The position numbers and the translations under genes are program-made. DNA of 60,202 nucleotides, the filler included, from Asterionella formosa (Eukaryota): assembly GCA_002256025.1 (NCBI GenBank). It is 4 parts of 4 records of this genome, joined end to end, with 100 filler letters (N's around TTAATTAATTAA, not from the genome) between each part and the next. Parts side by side here need not be neighbours in the genome. Positions count along the whole stretch, not along the records: positions 15,104 to 30,083 come from NKIB01005655.1; positions 30,184 to 45,147 come from NKIB01005658.1; 2 more parts are not named here. One strand, written 5' to 3'. Under the pieces are notes generated by a model. It did no database searches. It saw nothing but the letters and a program-made list of their open reading frames with translations, and had not been told where the DNA came from. This document shows positions 23,392 to 35,238 of the stretch, piece after piece; positions within the stretch are counted from its first letter, which is position 1; each line of letters opens with the position of its first letter.

Positions 23392-24529
23392 CAATCAAGA
23401 AAACAGCAGTCCAATTCTTGCTTGGATCTCGGTTGATTCTTGGACTGCTATGCAGTGCCATCTGAGGTTTCCAGATTACAGTTATTTTGTGGACTTCGAA
23501 CTCGCCTGAATGATCGTTGTGTTACGACCCGTAGTTCATAAAAACCGAAATCGGCAAGGCCTTACAGATATTGCTACCAGGACAAAGGGCTCAAAGGAAG
23601 CTCACTTGAAAATTCTCGATTTCATCAATCCATCAAACACAATCCCATATCTCAACCAGACAAAGTCACGCGTGGTGAAAATTGTTCGTAGCTCTGGAGA
23701 GGACTTTGTCCATTTGCTGTAGACCCGTTGAATCATTTACTTGTATGCTACACTGAAAAATAAAAGCTGGCAAAGTTCATGCCAACTTATGTGGAATTTG
23801 AACTTGAGCGAATGCACTTCCTTTCTGTTGTTCATCTCTTTCCTTTGTTGCTGTCTGGCAACAAATGGAGGCTACAACCGGATCACAATAGAAGATATTT
23901 TATTGCCATCCACAGCATTATCACTTACCGGTAATACCAGGTGAGGGCCCTTTTTCAATACTTGAGCATTTTGGTTATTAGCAATTTACACTGCCTGTAC
24001 ATGCACATATTCTAGAATGACCATAGTAGTCGCAGCCCATACATGTGTCGGAATATGTTTTATACTTCATACCCTTATCTAAATGTTCTAAACAGGTCGT
24101 ACCAGTAGTCCGACAAGTACCGGTACATGGGTGGGGTACATCACGGGATATGATGTACCGGGTACCGGTACACCTCAATTATTTGAACAAAGAAGAAGGC
24201 GGACACTCAAATCATGTCAGCCTACATAGTTACCGGTATATCCTCGAGAAGTGATGTGCTGATTAATATATTCATACATGAACAAATGCATAAAAATATG
24301 TTCGACATTGATTCACAATCACATGTATTATATGTACCGGTATATATATTTTCTATGTATTTCTTTTTTAATGATAACAAATCAGTACATAGAATACCGG
24401 AATATTCAATCATGGCTGGATGACCACATACAACTGCACTACACTTTTCTGTATGCCGTCCTTGTTGGAATTATGCATTATTTTCACGCGAGCAAGCAAC
24501 AGCAGCAGTCAATTATTTGTGAGTAAGAC

Positions 24530-26145
24530 ATGAGATTGAATCAATGGGAATTGATGTCGGCTTTGACTGTGGCTGTCGCCGCGAGTCTATTGAGGGTTAA
24601 AGGGGAAGGTGATGCATTGCTGGAGCGTTCGAACCCATCCACCCTGTCACTTCAGGATGAGGAATCACAGCGTTCGTTTTGGGACTGCCAGTCTTTTGAT
24701 CGTTCACAGGTATGACGTGGGTCCCTGCATTGATGTTGTTCTTTGGATTGTGTATATTTCCATTCTTATTTTTTAGATACTCACTTGTTACTGCTCGGTA
24801 TCTCTTTCATGTTCTGTTTAACAGAAAGTCATTTTCTGGAGCAACATCAAAGCAGTCAACACTGTCCAAAATCATGTAGATTGGGAACTATTAAAGGATC
24901 GATACCTACTTTCTACGTTTGATAGTGAACGCAGACTTGGAAAACGCAAACCGAGAAGGAGAAGGCGACGGAAAGATTGGAAGGTAAAACACGTCGAACA
25001 ACTCCAAGTGTCTAAGCCTGGCGGAAGCGAGCAGAATGGGAAGAACATTAACAGCAAACAGGCCAATAATTTATACAACAAAATTTCAGAAACCTTGAAA
25101 AATTCTGGATTAGAAAATATAAAAGAGCAGGTCAAGCAAGCCGAAATTCGAGCAGAGAATATGGTTGCCGAAAATGCGACTTCTGGTGGTGGTGGTATAG
25201 AAGTGCCAATCAATAATTCAACAGTCAGCAAACCAGCTAATGATTTGAACAAGCTGATTTCACAGGCATTGGATGATGCTGGATTAGGAGAAATCAAAGA
25301 TCAGGTCAAGCAAGCCGAAATCCGAGCAGAGAATAACATGAATGAAAATGTGACTTCTGACGACACTGCAGGTGTTGATGATGATGTAGTAAGTCCAGCT
25401 GATAATTCAACAGCGACACTCGATGATGATTCTTGGTCAAATACAACTTATTCAGGCGATGATAAAGCTGGTGCAAACGATGACTCGATGATTAACAATT
25501 CAACAGGAGTAGATAATTCAACCACAGTGGGTACCGGAAACAATCCATCACCGAACGATGACGGCATTCCTATTCCTAGCTACGAATACTTGACAGGAAA
25601 CTGCCCTGGGGCCGGTGATTCAGACGCTGCTGTACCTTGCGCCCCGAAAAACTTGGACCAACTGTGCGACAAGTATCAAGTTGGGTCTTCATTCAAGCTC
25701 TGCTGGGAAGCATGTATTCCAAGTTTTTGCTGTATTCATGGTAAGTCAATTTCATCTTTTTAATGCAAGCCGAATGTCGATTTTCTCAATTGTATCACTG
25801 TCAGATGCACCTCCGACCACGAACGAAATCGCGCCAAACTGTAACAAGGACGTGAATTGTGCTCAATATGCTAGTTGTTACATTGTTTGGTGGAAAATGC
25901 ATGATACTGTAGGTCCTGCAACTGAGGTTCGACTTGAACAAAATGATGATTTCTTCGATTTTTCAACACAGGACCTTGAAAGTGATGTAAATGGAATGGC
26001 ATTCTATCGTGAGATGCTCTTTCACCACTTTGATAATTCAGCAGAAGTTATCAGGCTAGGAACAGTCAAATTGAACGACTCTATTTCCTACTTTGATTCG
26101 GATCTGGTTTTTTTGAACTCGACATATTGGAACACGACAATTTAA
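24530..26145 (+). CDS. Secreted protein of unknown function (478 aa); exons 24530-24709, 24825-25740, 25805-26145
   Basis: Two GT-AG introns join three ORF pieces in frame. Signal-like N-terminus, acidic N/D/S/T-rich middle and Cys-rich C-terminal domain (CWEACIPSFCCIHDA...CAQYASCYIVWWK). Confidence 0.8.
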
Positions 26146-26263
26146 GAGGTACGCTTAGATCCACTGTAGTGATTTTGTGCTCGTTCTGTTGAGCCTTGTT
26201 ACACTTGTATGTGCTTTTAACTCATATCCGACTTTTTGCTCGTACTTTGCAGTACTTTTAACT

Positions 26264-27265
26264 TCAAATACTCAACAGATGCATCCTTCTCAATTTTAAG
26301 GCTTCAAATTGCAACCTTGCATCAGTTCCATTTACATTCCGCAAGATGCGGGGTCGTATGTAGGTTAGAACCTCACCAGCATCAACTTGCTGAGCATTTC
26401 GCTTCTCCCTCCATAATCCCAGCACTTGCTGCGCCGGAGCGTCATCGTCTACAACGTGCACTTCTCCAATGACCATGATTGAATCCCCCAAACCACATTC
26501 CCGCACATGAACATGTATAGGATCGGCAATCACTAGTACTACTCGTTGATTCAAAAGGGTCGACACTAGATTATCAACAGGGGTCATGATAGATCTAGGT
26601 CGTCTCTGTCCCGACAATTTATTTGTTTTCAATGACGCCTTAGGAGTATGAACGAGCCTTCGAGTGCTTCTAGCTCCAAGTAACAGAGAATTTTTGCCCG
26701 TGGAAAGCGATGTCTTCGCATGGGACTGCCCAGACTGGTGCAATGGCTTTGTGCGTTCCTTGCATGGTGTTGTAAATGTAGGAGAGCGTATTGGCGTCCT
26801 AAGCAACGGGTCTCCCAAGACAAAGCACACAGATCCATCCTCTTGATATATATGCCTATGTAATACAACACCTGTGACTCTTATTGACTTATCCTTGTAG
26901 TTCGTGCTTCCAGCATTGAGCTCGGAGACGCTCAGAATTTCGCCCGACTGAAAGGTAACACTACTAGACGGCAACCGCTTAGATGGAGGCAAATCTCCAG
27001 CAGATAATGATTTATTCTCCATCAAAATAGCACAAGGCATTGCTACGGGTGTATTGAACGCTTTACTTGTAGGAGCTGAATCGATTTCTATTGCCAACGA
27101 AGTTTCAAGGAAGTTTACAGGGGCTTGTACATTATCAACAGGGCCGTTGATCACTTGATCTGGAGGTGCTTTCGCTCTCTTCAGATATGGATTCATGATC
27201 ATTCGCTTGCCGGTAGGCGCATATCCATCTCCGTGATGGCTGATTTGCTCGACAAGCTTCTCCAT
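26264..27265 (-). CDS. TEN1: TEN1-like OB-fold protein (CST telomere-capping subunit) with N-terminal extension and internal insert
   Basis: SGEILSVSEL....NYKDKSIRVTG, GDSIMVIGEV and IRPRILRNVNGTDARLQFEALKLRR parallel the recalled TEN1 motifs (SLRVT, GS.YQFIGEL, ARTGRNVDG.D..LY). Confidence 0.65.
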   Translation of the reverse strand: MEKLVEQISHHGDGYAPTGKRMIMNPYLKRAKAPPDQVINGPVDNVQAPVNFLETSLAIEIDSAPTSKAFNTPVAMPCAILMENKSLSAGDLPPSKRLPSSSVTFQSGEILSVSELNAGSTNYKDKSIRVTGVVLHRHIYQEDGSVCFVLGDPLLRTPIRSPTFTTPCKERTKPLHQSGQSHAKTSLSTGKNSLLLGARSTRRLVHTPKASLKTNKLSGQRRPRSIMTPVDNLVSTLLNQRVVLVIADPIHVHVRECGLGDSIMVIGEVHVVDDDAPAQQVLGLWREKRNAQQVDAGEVLTYIRPRILRNVNGTDARLQFEALKLRRMHLLSI

Positions 27266-27562
27266 GACTGTGTAGCCATCGAAAGAAATGTTTTATAAAA
27301 ATGCCGGTATGATTTGCTTGTTGTGAATTTAGCTTTCTTTTGATGCTATGTACTTACGCGGCAGTACCTGGTACCAGGTACCGTACCATCCTCCTGTGTG
27401 TGCCCTCCTTGATATTCGCTCAGTGCTTCGCTCAGCTGGAAGGAACTTTCTTGACTTCGGAATTGATTAATCTAAATATCACGATTAGCGGACCTTCCTT
27501 GGCGGACTTGTGAGGCGAATGCGGAGGAGTATCATATAGGTAAGAGGTGTAGTCTATGTACT

Positions 27563-27625
27563 GGTACCAGGTACCAGGTACCAGGTACCATGTACCATGT
27601 ACCAGGTACCATGTACCATGTACCA
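27563..27625. repeat. Heptamer array (G/T)GTACCA x9
   Basis: GGTACCA x4, TGTACCA x2, GGTACCA, TGTACCA x2. Confidence 0.95.
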
Positions 27626-28272
27626 GTATCAGCTGTACCTACCGGTATACGTTTACAAATACATGTACTGATGTACGTATGGTGTAGTCTGCATAGCTAT
27701 ATGTACCGGTATCACTCTGTACCACATGAATACCGGTATCGTAGATTAAAAAATTTATTCATATACGACTATTGCTCGCTGCGGCTGTCTCGAGCCGGAG
27801 CCGCATCCTCGTTTGTGGAGACTTGGAGAATGGAAAGCGTACGAGGGCGGCGACAACAATATACGGTACTCCGAGTACCAGGTAGCCATTCTCATCAGAC
27901 GTAGGGTTTTGATGCGCTCTTGTCATAAAACGGAACCGGTACCAGGTAGCTCAGAAAATAGTCTATCATTTTGTTTAGATGTACCAGTATTCTTTTCCTT
28001 CTAATGATCTAGGTAATCACTCATACTAGAAAGTTCAAAAAGGAGAGATCGCATCCTATCTGATTCTGTTTGAAATGAGTGAAGAAGAACGTTGCATGCC
28101 CCTAGCTAGCAGTCAGATAGATCGAAATCGAGGAAATATCTACTAGTAACTTCGAATGGATGCTGCCTTTGAATATGTAGAGCAGTTGAACTTGAGTATT
28201 CAATAAGTAAAATTCATGTGAAACACTATAGGAATACCTTTCACTCATATAGTACTTGTCAATCAACCGTTT

Positions 28273-29751
28273 TCAATCAGTGGCATCACATACTCCAGAA
28301 GGACCAACAGCAAACTGGGCATCAGCCTCGGGAAGTGTAGGACTGTCATAGACAGTACATATACGGTTTTCACCGCGTCCCTTGCGCAAACGTAAGCGGG
28401 TAGTGGAAGCATGAGCCATTATATTGCCTCCGATTGGCTTGGTACTGTCCTTGGCGAAACTCATCCCATCAGGGTTTGCAACGACTTGGTTGGTAATAAA
28501 TACGGCTACACCGAATTCTTCCGCCAAGCGAGTTAGCTGACGAAGGAACTGAGCCATTTGCATCTGACGTTCGGAAAGCTCGCCACGACCTGTATAATCA
28601 GTTCGGAACAAAGCAGTCGCGCTGTCAACAACTATCAAGGCGTAGCGATCCTGGGACATGATGGCAGCTGCCAGCTTGAGCAACTCCATCTGATGTTCCG
28701 AGTTGTGCGCGCGGGCATACGCAACATTTTCCAAAGCAACAGCGGGATCAAGACCGAAGCGCTCTGCAATCGCCTGTAAACGTTTTGGACGGAATGTACC
28801 CTCGGTATCAATGTAGATAGCCTTTCCTTCAGCACCTCCTTCTGTAACTGCCATCTGACAAGTCACGCAAAGAGTGTGGCAAAGTTGAGTCTTTCCGGTG
28901 CGAAACTCCCCGAAGACTTCCGTAATTGATCCAGTCTCAACACCGCCTTCTAAAAGCTTGTCCAGCTCGACTGATCCAGTCGTAAGAGTAACCAACGACC
29001 TGCATACGTTTTATCATGATTAGCTGATATCAGGATGAGAATCATGCAGTCAATATCAATTTGACTTACTTGCGGTCCTCGAGAGCATCGGCTGCGGTCT
29101 TAAAGTCCATTGGTACCATCGCCTTGACAATCTCCTTGAGCTTGGCAACCTTTGCCTCTGAGATACCCTTGACATCGGAAAGCTTGCGTATGGTTGCATG
29201 AGCAATCTTATAGAAAGAGATAAATTGAAGAGAAAAAACCAGTGAGATTACGAATTGATCTGAACATGCCGCGCCACATTGTGTCAGAAACCAAAAGCTA
29301 GACTCACAGATTCAATCGTATGATAGCCGGCGTCGTTGAGTTTCTGAATATCATTTGCAGCAATTCCATGCTCTTGAAGACTTTCAAGACTCTGATAGCT
29401 TACAGCAATCTGAAAGGAAGCAGCAGACAATGAGAAATGTTAACAAGGCGAACAAATTAATTAATTCGAAAAGTTGACGACGCAATTGTGAATGTCGCAA
29501 CCATTCACATATGCTTGAATTCAAGCGATACCCATTTGAGTTCAAGAAGACACGAAAGATTAAACGAAGGAAGGGATCTCGACACGCAGACCTCGGGCTG
29601 GTCTCTGATATACCAGTATGTAAATGTAAATATGCCGCCAACCTCCGAAGGAACATTCGCTGCCATCCTTACGAACAAAACACACCTCCATAGCGCCTTC
29701 TTCGCCATCATCGGCATATTGAGTTTCATCCTGTTGTCTTTGGACCTCCAT
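28273..29751 (-). CDS. RAD51: DNA repair recombinase RAD51 (343 aa); exons 29751-29686, 29409-29308, 29206-29070, 28999-28273
   Basis: Walker [45 protein letters not shown] and [16 protein letters not shown]. Three GT-AG introns keep the frame. Confidence 0.95.
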
Positions 29752-29958
29752 GACCAATACGTTGTTTACAGATAGTAAAGAATAGCGTCAACAAGGCTTA
29801 TAGCGGCAGTGATGATACTACCGTAATAATTATCGTGGAAAAATGTGCATTGCTCCGAGATCAAAGAAAGGCAGTTCAAATGATGTGATGAATCGATGAG
29901 TCCCTCCTTGGTATTCTTCTGGCGCGCTCTACGTGATGATTATACATGCAAGCGCGTA

Positions 29959-30083
29959 CCGTATACTTCATTGTCCTGGACCCCCCAATGTACACTGCCG
30001 TGACTGAATTTGACTGATTTTACTTAAGGGGGGCCCAGGACAATGAAGAGATTTCCCTTATAATGGACCTAAGTAAATTTCTT
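29959..30083 (+). mobile_element. Terminus of another TA|CCGT-starting element with a subterminal inverted repeat, cut by the contig end
   Basis: TA then CCGTATACTTCATTGTCCTGGACCCCCC. Arms at 29966-29986 and 30028-30048 are inverted at 20/21. Confidence 0.65.
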
Positions 30084-30183
30084 NNNNNNNNNNNNNNNNN
30101 NNNNNNNNNNNNNNNNNNNNNNNNNNNTTAATTAATTAANNNNNNNNNNNNNNNNNNNNNNNNNNNNNNNNNNNNNNNNNNNN
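30084..30183. other. Artificial contig linker
   Basis: N44-TTAATTAATTAA-N44. Confidence 0.98.
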
Positions 30184-31532
30184 TTGTTAGTGATGCAAAT
30201 AAGTATTAGACGAAAATAGTCAAAATGAGGCAAATGGCCGAAAAAAGAAAATGACAATGACAGGGGCAATAGAGGGGTGGAATGAAGCAAAAGTAAGAAG
30301 TCTTGTTAACTTTGCTTTATTCTCTCCAAACTCAAAATCATTCTTTTTCCGGCCGAGCGAAGTGATGAAGACAACCAATAATGAACGGTTCTATATTTAT
30401 TAGGATTTGAATATTCATATGCTTGCATCATCATATGTAACAACTATTGGTACCTGATATAAGTCATATTTTCATACCACAATTTGCATGTTGGCTGGCT
30501 GGACTTATGCTGCTCAAGGTTTTACCTGAGGTAGCACTTGTAAGCCATTGTAGATTTGGCTTATATTACTCGATTCTTTTGTATATCATGTATGCATACC
30601 AGTATAGCACTACGAAATACTGTGTAGTCATCGTGAGCAGCTGGCGAATGCATGGTGCATCATGTCATGATCTCAGCCTTGACCATGAAATATTTAATTA
30701 ATATCTCAATGAAAAATGAGAACGACGCTTTGCTATGACTAGGCACCAAGTACATTTATTAGGCACGATTATGAAAATACAATTGCAAAAGAATAGCTGC
30801 AATAACACTAATATTGACAAGGAAAAAAGAAATATCCAATGGCGCATTTTAAAATGAAATTTATAGATTCACAATTCAAAGCAACAATGTTATCAGCGGA
30901 TTTTAAAAACTTTCACAGGAGCTGTACAACAACTAGAAGACGACTAAAACAATAAAATGATAAATTAAAGCAAACTATTTCAAACAAGTAAATTATTAGT
31001 TTGATATGATTGTTTGTATTGAAGATGAAAAAAGGATGTATTGTTTCATGGGAATGATGGAAGCATGATGGTGATGAGATTTCAAAAGTGTTTGTTTATC
31101 ATAGCTATAAGTACTGTTATGCATACTATGTTCTATCTTCATTAGTCGACAGTTGACAGTCGATATAGCCAGTAGCATGGTGGTAGCTTACAATTGTAGT
31201 ATACCTAACATGAATATGTACTGTACATACATAATTTATAATCCTACTAGGAAAATTGGGTTGTTTGGTTTGATGGTGCTGGCAGTTACAAACTTCCAAT
31301 TGCAATGAATTTGAAAACTTTAATTGAGATAGGTTTTTTCATCACTTTGGCTGGAAAAAGAGAACGATTTTGAGTTTGGAGAGAATAATGGAAAGTAAGC
31401 AAGACTTGCTTACTTTCAGGCCACCTCTCTATGATTGCCCTGCCGGTCATTGTTGTGTTTTGACATTTCCCTGTTGTTTTGAAGAATATAATTATTAGGA
31501 TAAAACAAATTTCACTAAGTGGTGATCATATA

Positions 31533-32245
31533 CTGTAAAAAAACCTTAGATACCAGCATCCTCCTTTGTACATATGGCGCAATGCTCCCAAATATTTCAT
31601 GTGTACAGAAAAAATAACAGTGTATTATTGTATTCTAGCTATTTGTTAATGTATTTATAATAGAATAGTCTTCTTACCAGTAACCATCTTGAAACGACAA
31701 TCAACACCAACACGAGCGATGCCAATGACAGTTGCAATAGCAATACCCTTGGCCTGAGATCTATTTCAAGAGTTGAAGCTGCAAGTTGCAAGTTTGTTGT
31801 GACACGATTATGAAGCTGAACACGGGCCACTATAGGCTTAGGCAGTGCTGGCCTTGATGTTGTCGGCTTGCCGGAAGCGGTCATAGTAATATCCATCACA
31901 ATCCAAGTCGTAAAGTTTACACAAATTAATATTGTTGTAGAAATAAGTACAAAAGATTACACACTCTAGGAATTAGTATTGATACCATCACGAAACTCTG
32001 GCGCAACAGTGCACCAACAATAGAAATTCTACTGATCAGCCATAGAAACCGTTTGTACTTACGACAATATATCTATTAAATATTGCTTTTTTCGTTTTAG
32101 GCTACGGATAAAAAGGTGGTGAAGTTGGTTTTTTCACAATGTTGGTTGATCAGAAACGTACCTACCGGTATATCTTGTATTCCCCTCTTAGTAAAATCAG
32201 TCGTGGCTGTGTACATAGAAGGATAGGAGACACCTGGTTTTGAGG
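31533..32245 (+). mobile_element. Complete 713-bp Tc1/mariner-pogo-like MITE with TA target duplication
   Basis: TA at 31531-31532 and 32246-32247. Left about 240 bp is homologous to 14754-15003. Right end GGATAGGAGACACCTGGTTTTGAGG is the inverted match of the 14754 terminus. Confidence 0.75.
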
Positions 32246-33100
32246 TACCGGTAGACGATTTTAAATACCGGGAGTGAATTTGTGACGTTTTCTATGTACC
32301 CTGTATTTTAACGCCTGTCCTGCGTCATATTTTCAATTTCAGCGAAATGACCGCAACTTGCAGGAAACTGTCCTGCGCGGTTCTTCAGCTGCCTGGTTCT
32401 ACCAGCTACCAGGTAGACTATGCATACTGGTATAGTAGCATTTAATACATGCATTATACTAGATACCGTAGCGGACTACCGGTAAGACGACCGAAGTGAT
32501 GTCGTCAATCGTGACCTTCGAACTTGAGTGCCAGTTTACCAATAAGTGAAGCGAAGAATGCAGCGATCAGATGCCTGCCATCAACGGTTCAATTGAAGTT
32601 GCAGATACCACATCCCCATCACTGCGGATACTCTGTTACTGCCTTCCCCTTTGGAAGACCTGTTTGGAACAAGGAGAGGAGATGATCACTAAGGTGCCAA
32701 TATGAGCTAACAAAATACCGTGAGTAAGTCGTGACTACTTTCACCTTCAGGTTCACGGACCAGACTCGTCGGGGGCGCAGTTATCTATGGCATAAAGTCA
32801 GTTATACATGAATACACGAAGAAACTGTTATAATATTCTATTCATGTAAAATAAATGTTCTATATGATATGTAAATGACAAATTGTGGCTTGTGAAATCT
32901 TATGTCTTGTGTTTTCTGTAGCGCAGGTACACTCTAACTTTTCTTGTTGTTTCTGGAAGTGATTCAGTGGCGAATATTTAGGGCGCAACTGGCGCCAAGC
33001 TTGCTGCTCCATAGTATACGGTTGTGCACAGAACTTTTTGTGTTCTTTTCTTTGTCTCTCTCTATAGCCTCTATTTATTCGATCATTCGAGCCTGTGATC

Positions 33101-33484
33101 TCACAGGTCTAATTGGAAGATTTCGCCGTCATAGATCAACTCTGGTTCCGCTTGCGAATCTTGAATCGTGTCGAGAATCTCGCTGCCGTCGTTGGCATGG
33201 TTGACACAATATGAAATACCAGAGGATCCACCTCTTTTGGAGGATTTGAGTCTTGCCTGCACAATTCGGTTGTACATGAGCCAGGTCTTGAGGTCATATT
33301 CCGCTTTTGTGGAACACCCAGTGGAAGATGAAGCGGTCTCATACTGGTGATAACCTCGCCGACTTTGACACTGAATCGGCAATGATCTTTGTTTTGTTGA
33401 ATTCATTGGGGGCGATCTATTTATAGAGACGTTGGTGCAAAGGATGTTGGACCGGGCATTGATTAGAGATCTGGAATGGGCCAT
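33101..33484 (-). CDS. Small hypothetical protein with YDxxTWxMYxRI and C-terminal EIFQLDL motifs
   Basis: Single-exon ORF. The motif pair is familiar from small diatom proteins. Start codon uncertain (33484 or the downstream MNSTKQ Met). Confidence 0.65.
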   Translation of the reverse strand: MAHSRSLINARSNILCTNVSINRSPPMNSTKQRSLPIQCQSRRGYHQYETASSSTGCSTKAEYDLKTWLMYNRIVQARLKSSKRGGSSGISYCVNHANDGSEILDTIQDSQAEPELIYDGEIFQLDL

Positions 33485-35238
33485 TATGATTGCCACGTTG
33501 CTAATCAGAAAGGATTCTTCGAATGATTTCTTGCTTTTGTGAGAAAAATATGATTTTGGGAAAATTTGTGCGGCGCGGAGCGACGCAGCCTGATGAGACT
33601 CCACTTTTCTCGTTTAATTCGTCTGTGTTCTCATTCAATGTGTGGTGATAACGAGGCACTTGTACTGACGGTAGATTCGATTTCATGAGATTTGAATCCA
33701 CCAATATTCACTCCTTAGAAGGCTATGTTCGCTACTCGTACGTAAATTGCCTTTGAGAAAAATTGTATATTGCTCCGACGAACTCGATGTGAAAATGCAA
33801 AGAAGTGCAGTCGAATTCGTCCGATGAATGGAATCTTGACAGTACACAGTACCTGGTACAAGTACCAGGTACTACCGGGTATTGGTGATAGATTCGCTAC
33901 TGCCCGTTTCAACTTGGTGTTACACGATTGCCAGTACGTCCTTAGGCAGAAGTATACCGGTCTACAGTAGTAGCAATGTACTTGTGTACTCACCGGCACA
34001 TACCGGGACCAGACCTACCAGATACAATACAGGTATACCAGTAGCGGTTACCGTCAGAGAATCAAATCATTGCTTGTGAAGCACATGATTCTTGTTATAG
34101 CTGACGTCACTGACAGCATCGATGTCACCATTTGAAATCCGACGTGATGGTTCCTTGAGCGCGCATTACAACTCTCAGGAAGTAAAGAAAACTGTAGAAC
34201 ATATACTATATAGTTTCTGTACGTCAATCTGTGGTTGATTTTGTCCGTATTTTTCCTAACGGCCAGTTCAGTCAGCAGCGGTTTTCGCTTGCTTCCGCCG
34301 TGATTCATTTTTTCGGCCCCTGCTTAACGGAAAAATGTGGATGATTTTCACCGGTACCAGGTACCTGGTGGAGAGTTGAGAGTACGTACTGGTACCGGTA
34401 CAGGGTACCTGGTACTGTGTTGTCAAAGTGAGCTCTTCATCTACCGGTACCGGTACGTAGTTATGACTCGCAGTCGACTGAGTCGACTTTTGATGTACGT
34501 GGTACCTCACATGATATTATTCTGCTATAATGAGCCGGACAAAATACCGGTAGACTATTTGGAAGACTGATAGTTTGAATCAAACGATCAATGGTTATAA
34601 ACCTATGATCAATAGGTGTGAGATAGACATGGGTCTATCTATGAATTTATGTTCTGACAAATGCAAACAGCATCTGGAGAAATAGTTTGTTTGATTACTC
34701 AAACTGAACAAAACCAACTAGTTTGCTTAGTAACTCACAATAAGAATCTAGAAACAAATGTCTCTATCTATTGTCTTCTTTGTCAAATGATAGATCTATC
34801 AACTAAAAGGTAATACTTTAACACCATGTAGTAAATTAGAGGTTGTGTGGGCAGACCAGGTATACCAGGTAGAGTACCTTGTACCAGTAATACAGGGAGA
34901 ATCTGGAATTCAAGGTCCTCACCAGCATAGAATTACACAATTTCAGCCACCATCATGGAATGGCAGAAAATAACATTCTGTTCTCCGCCTGCTCCGCGCT
35001 GTCATTTCTTCTTTACATTTCTACTAGGTACTTCCATGCCGCTGGCAGGCAAAAAATGGCTTTTAGTTGATGGTTCGTGACTATCAGCCTTCTGAAAATT
35101 AGCCAACTCAATACTTGCTGCATTGATTCGTCAATCGAGCTCGTTCACGTGGACTAGTCTATTGAATCGCCTGCTTGCTATACTGCTTAACTCCGCAAAG
35201 TTTCAATACTTTCTTCCTCGCAGAAGCAAGCCTCAAAA

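Noticed and set aside
26264..29751. TEN1-RAD51 adjacency as a functional gene cluster
   Set aside because: One neighbouring pair in a gene-dense eukaryotic genome is expected by chance. It would need conserved synteny to mean anything.
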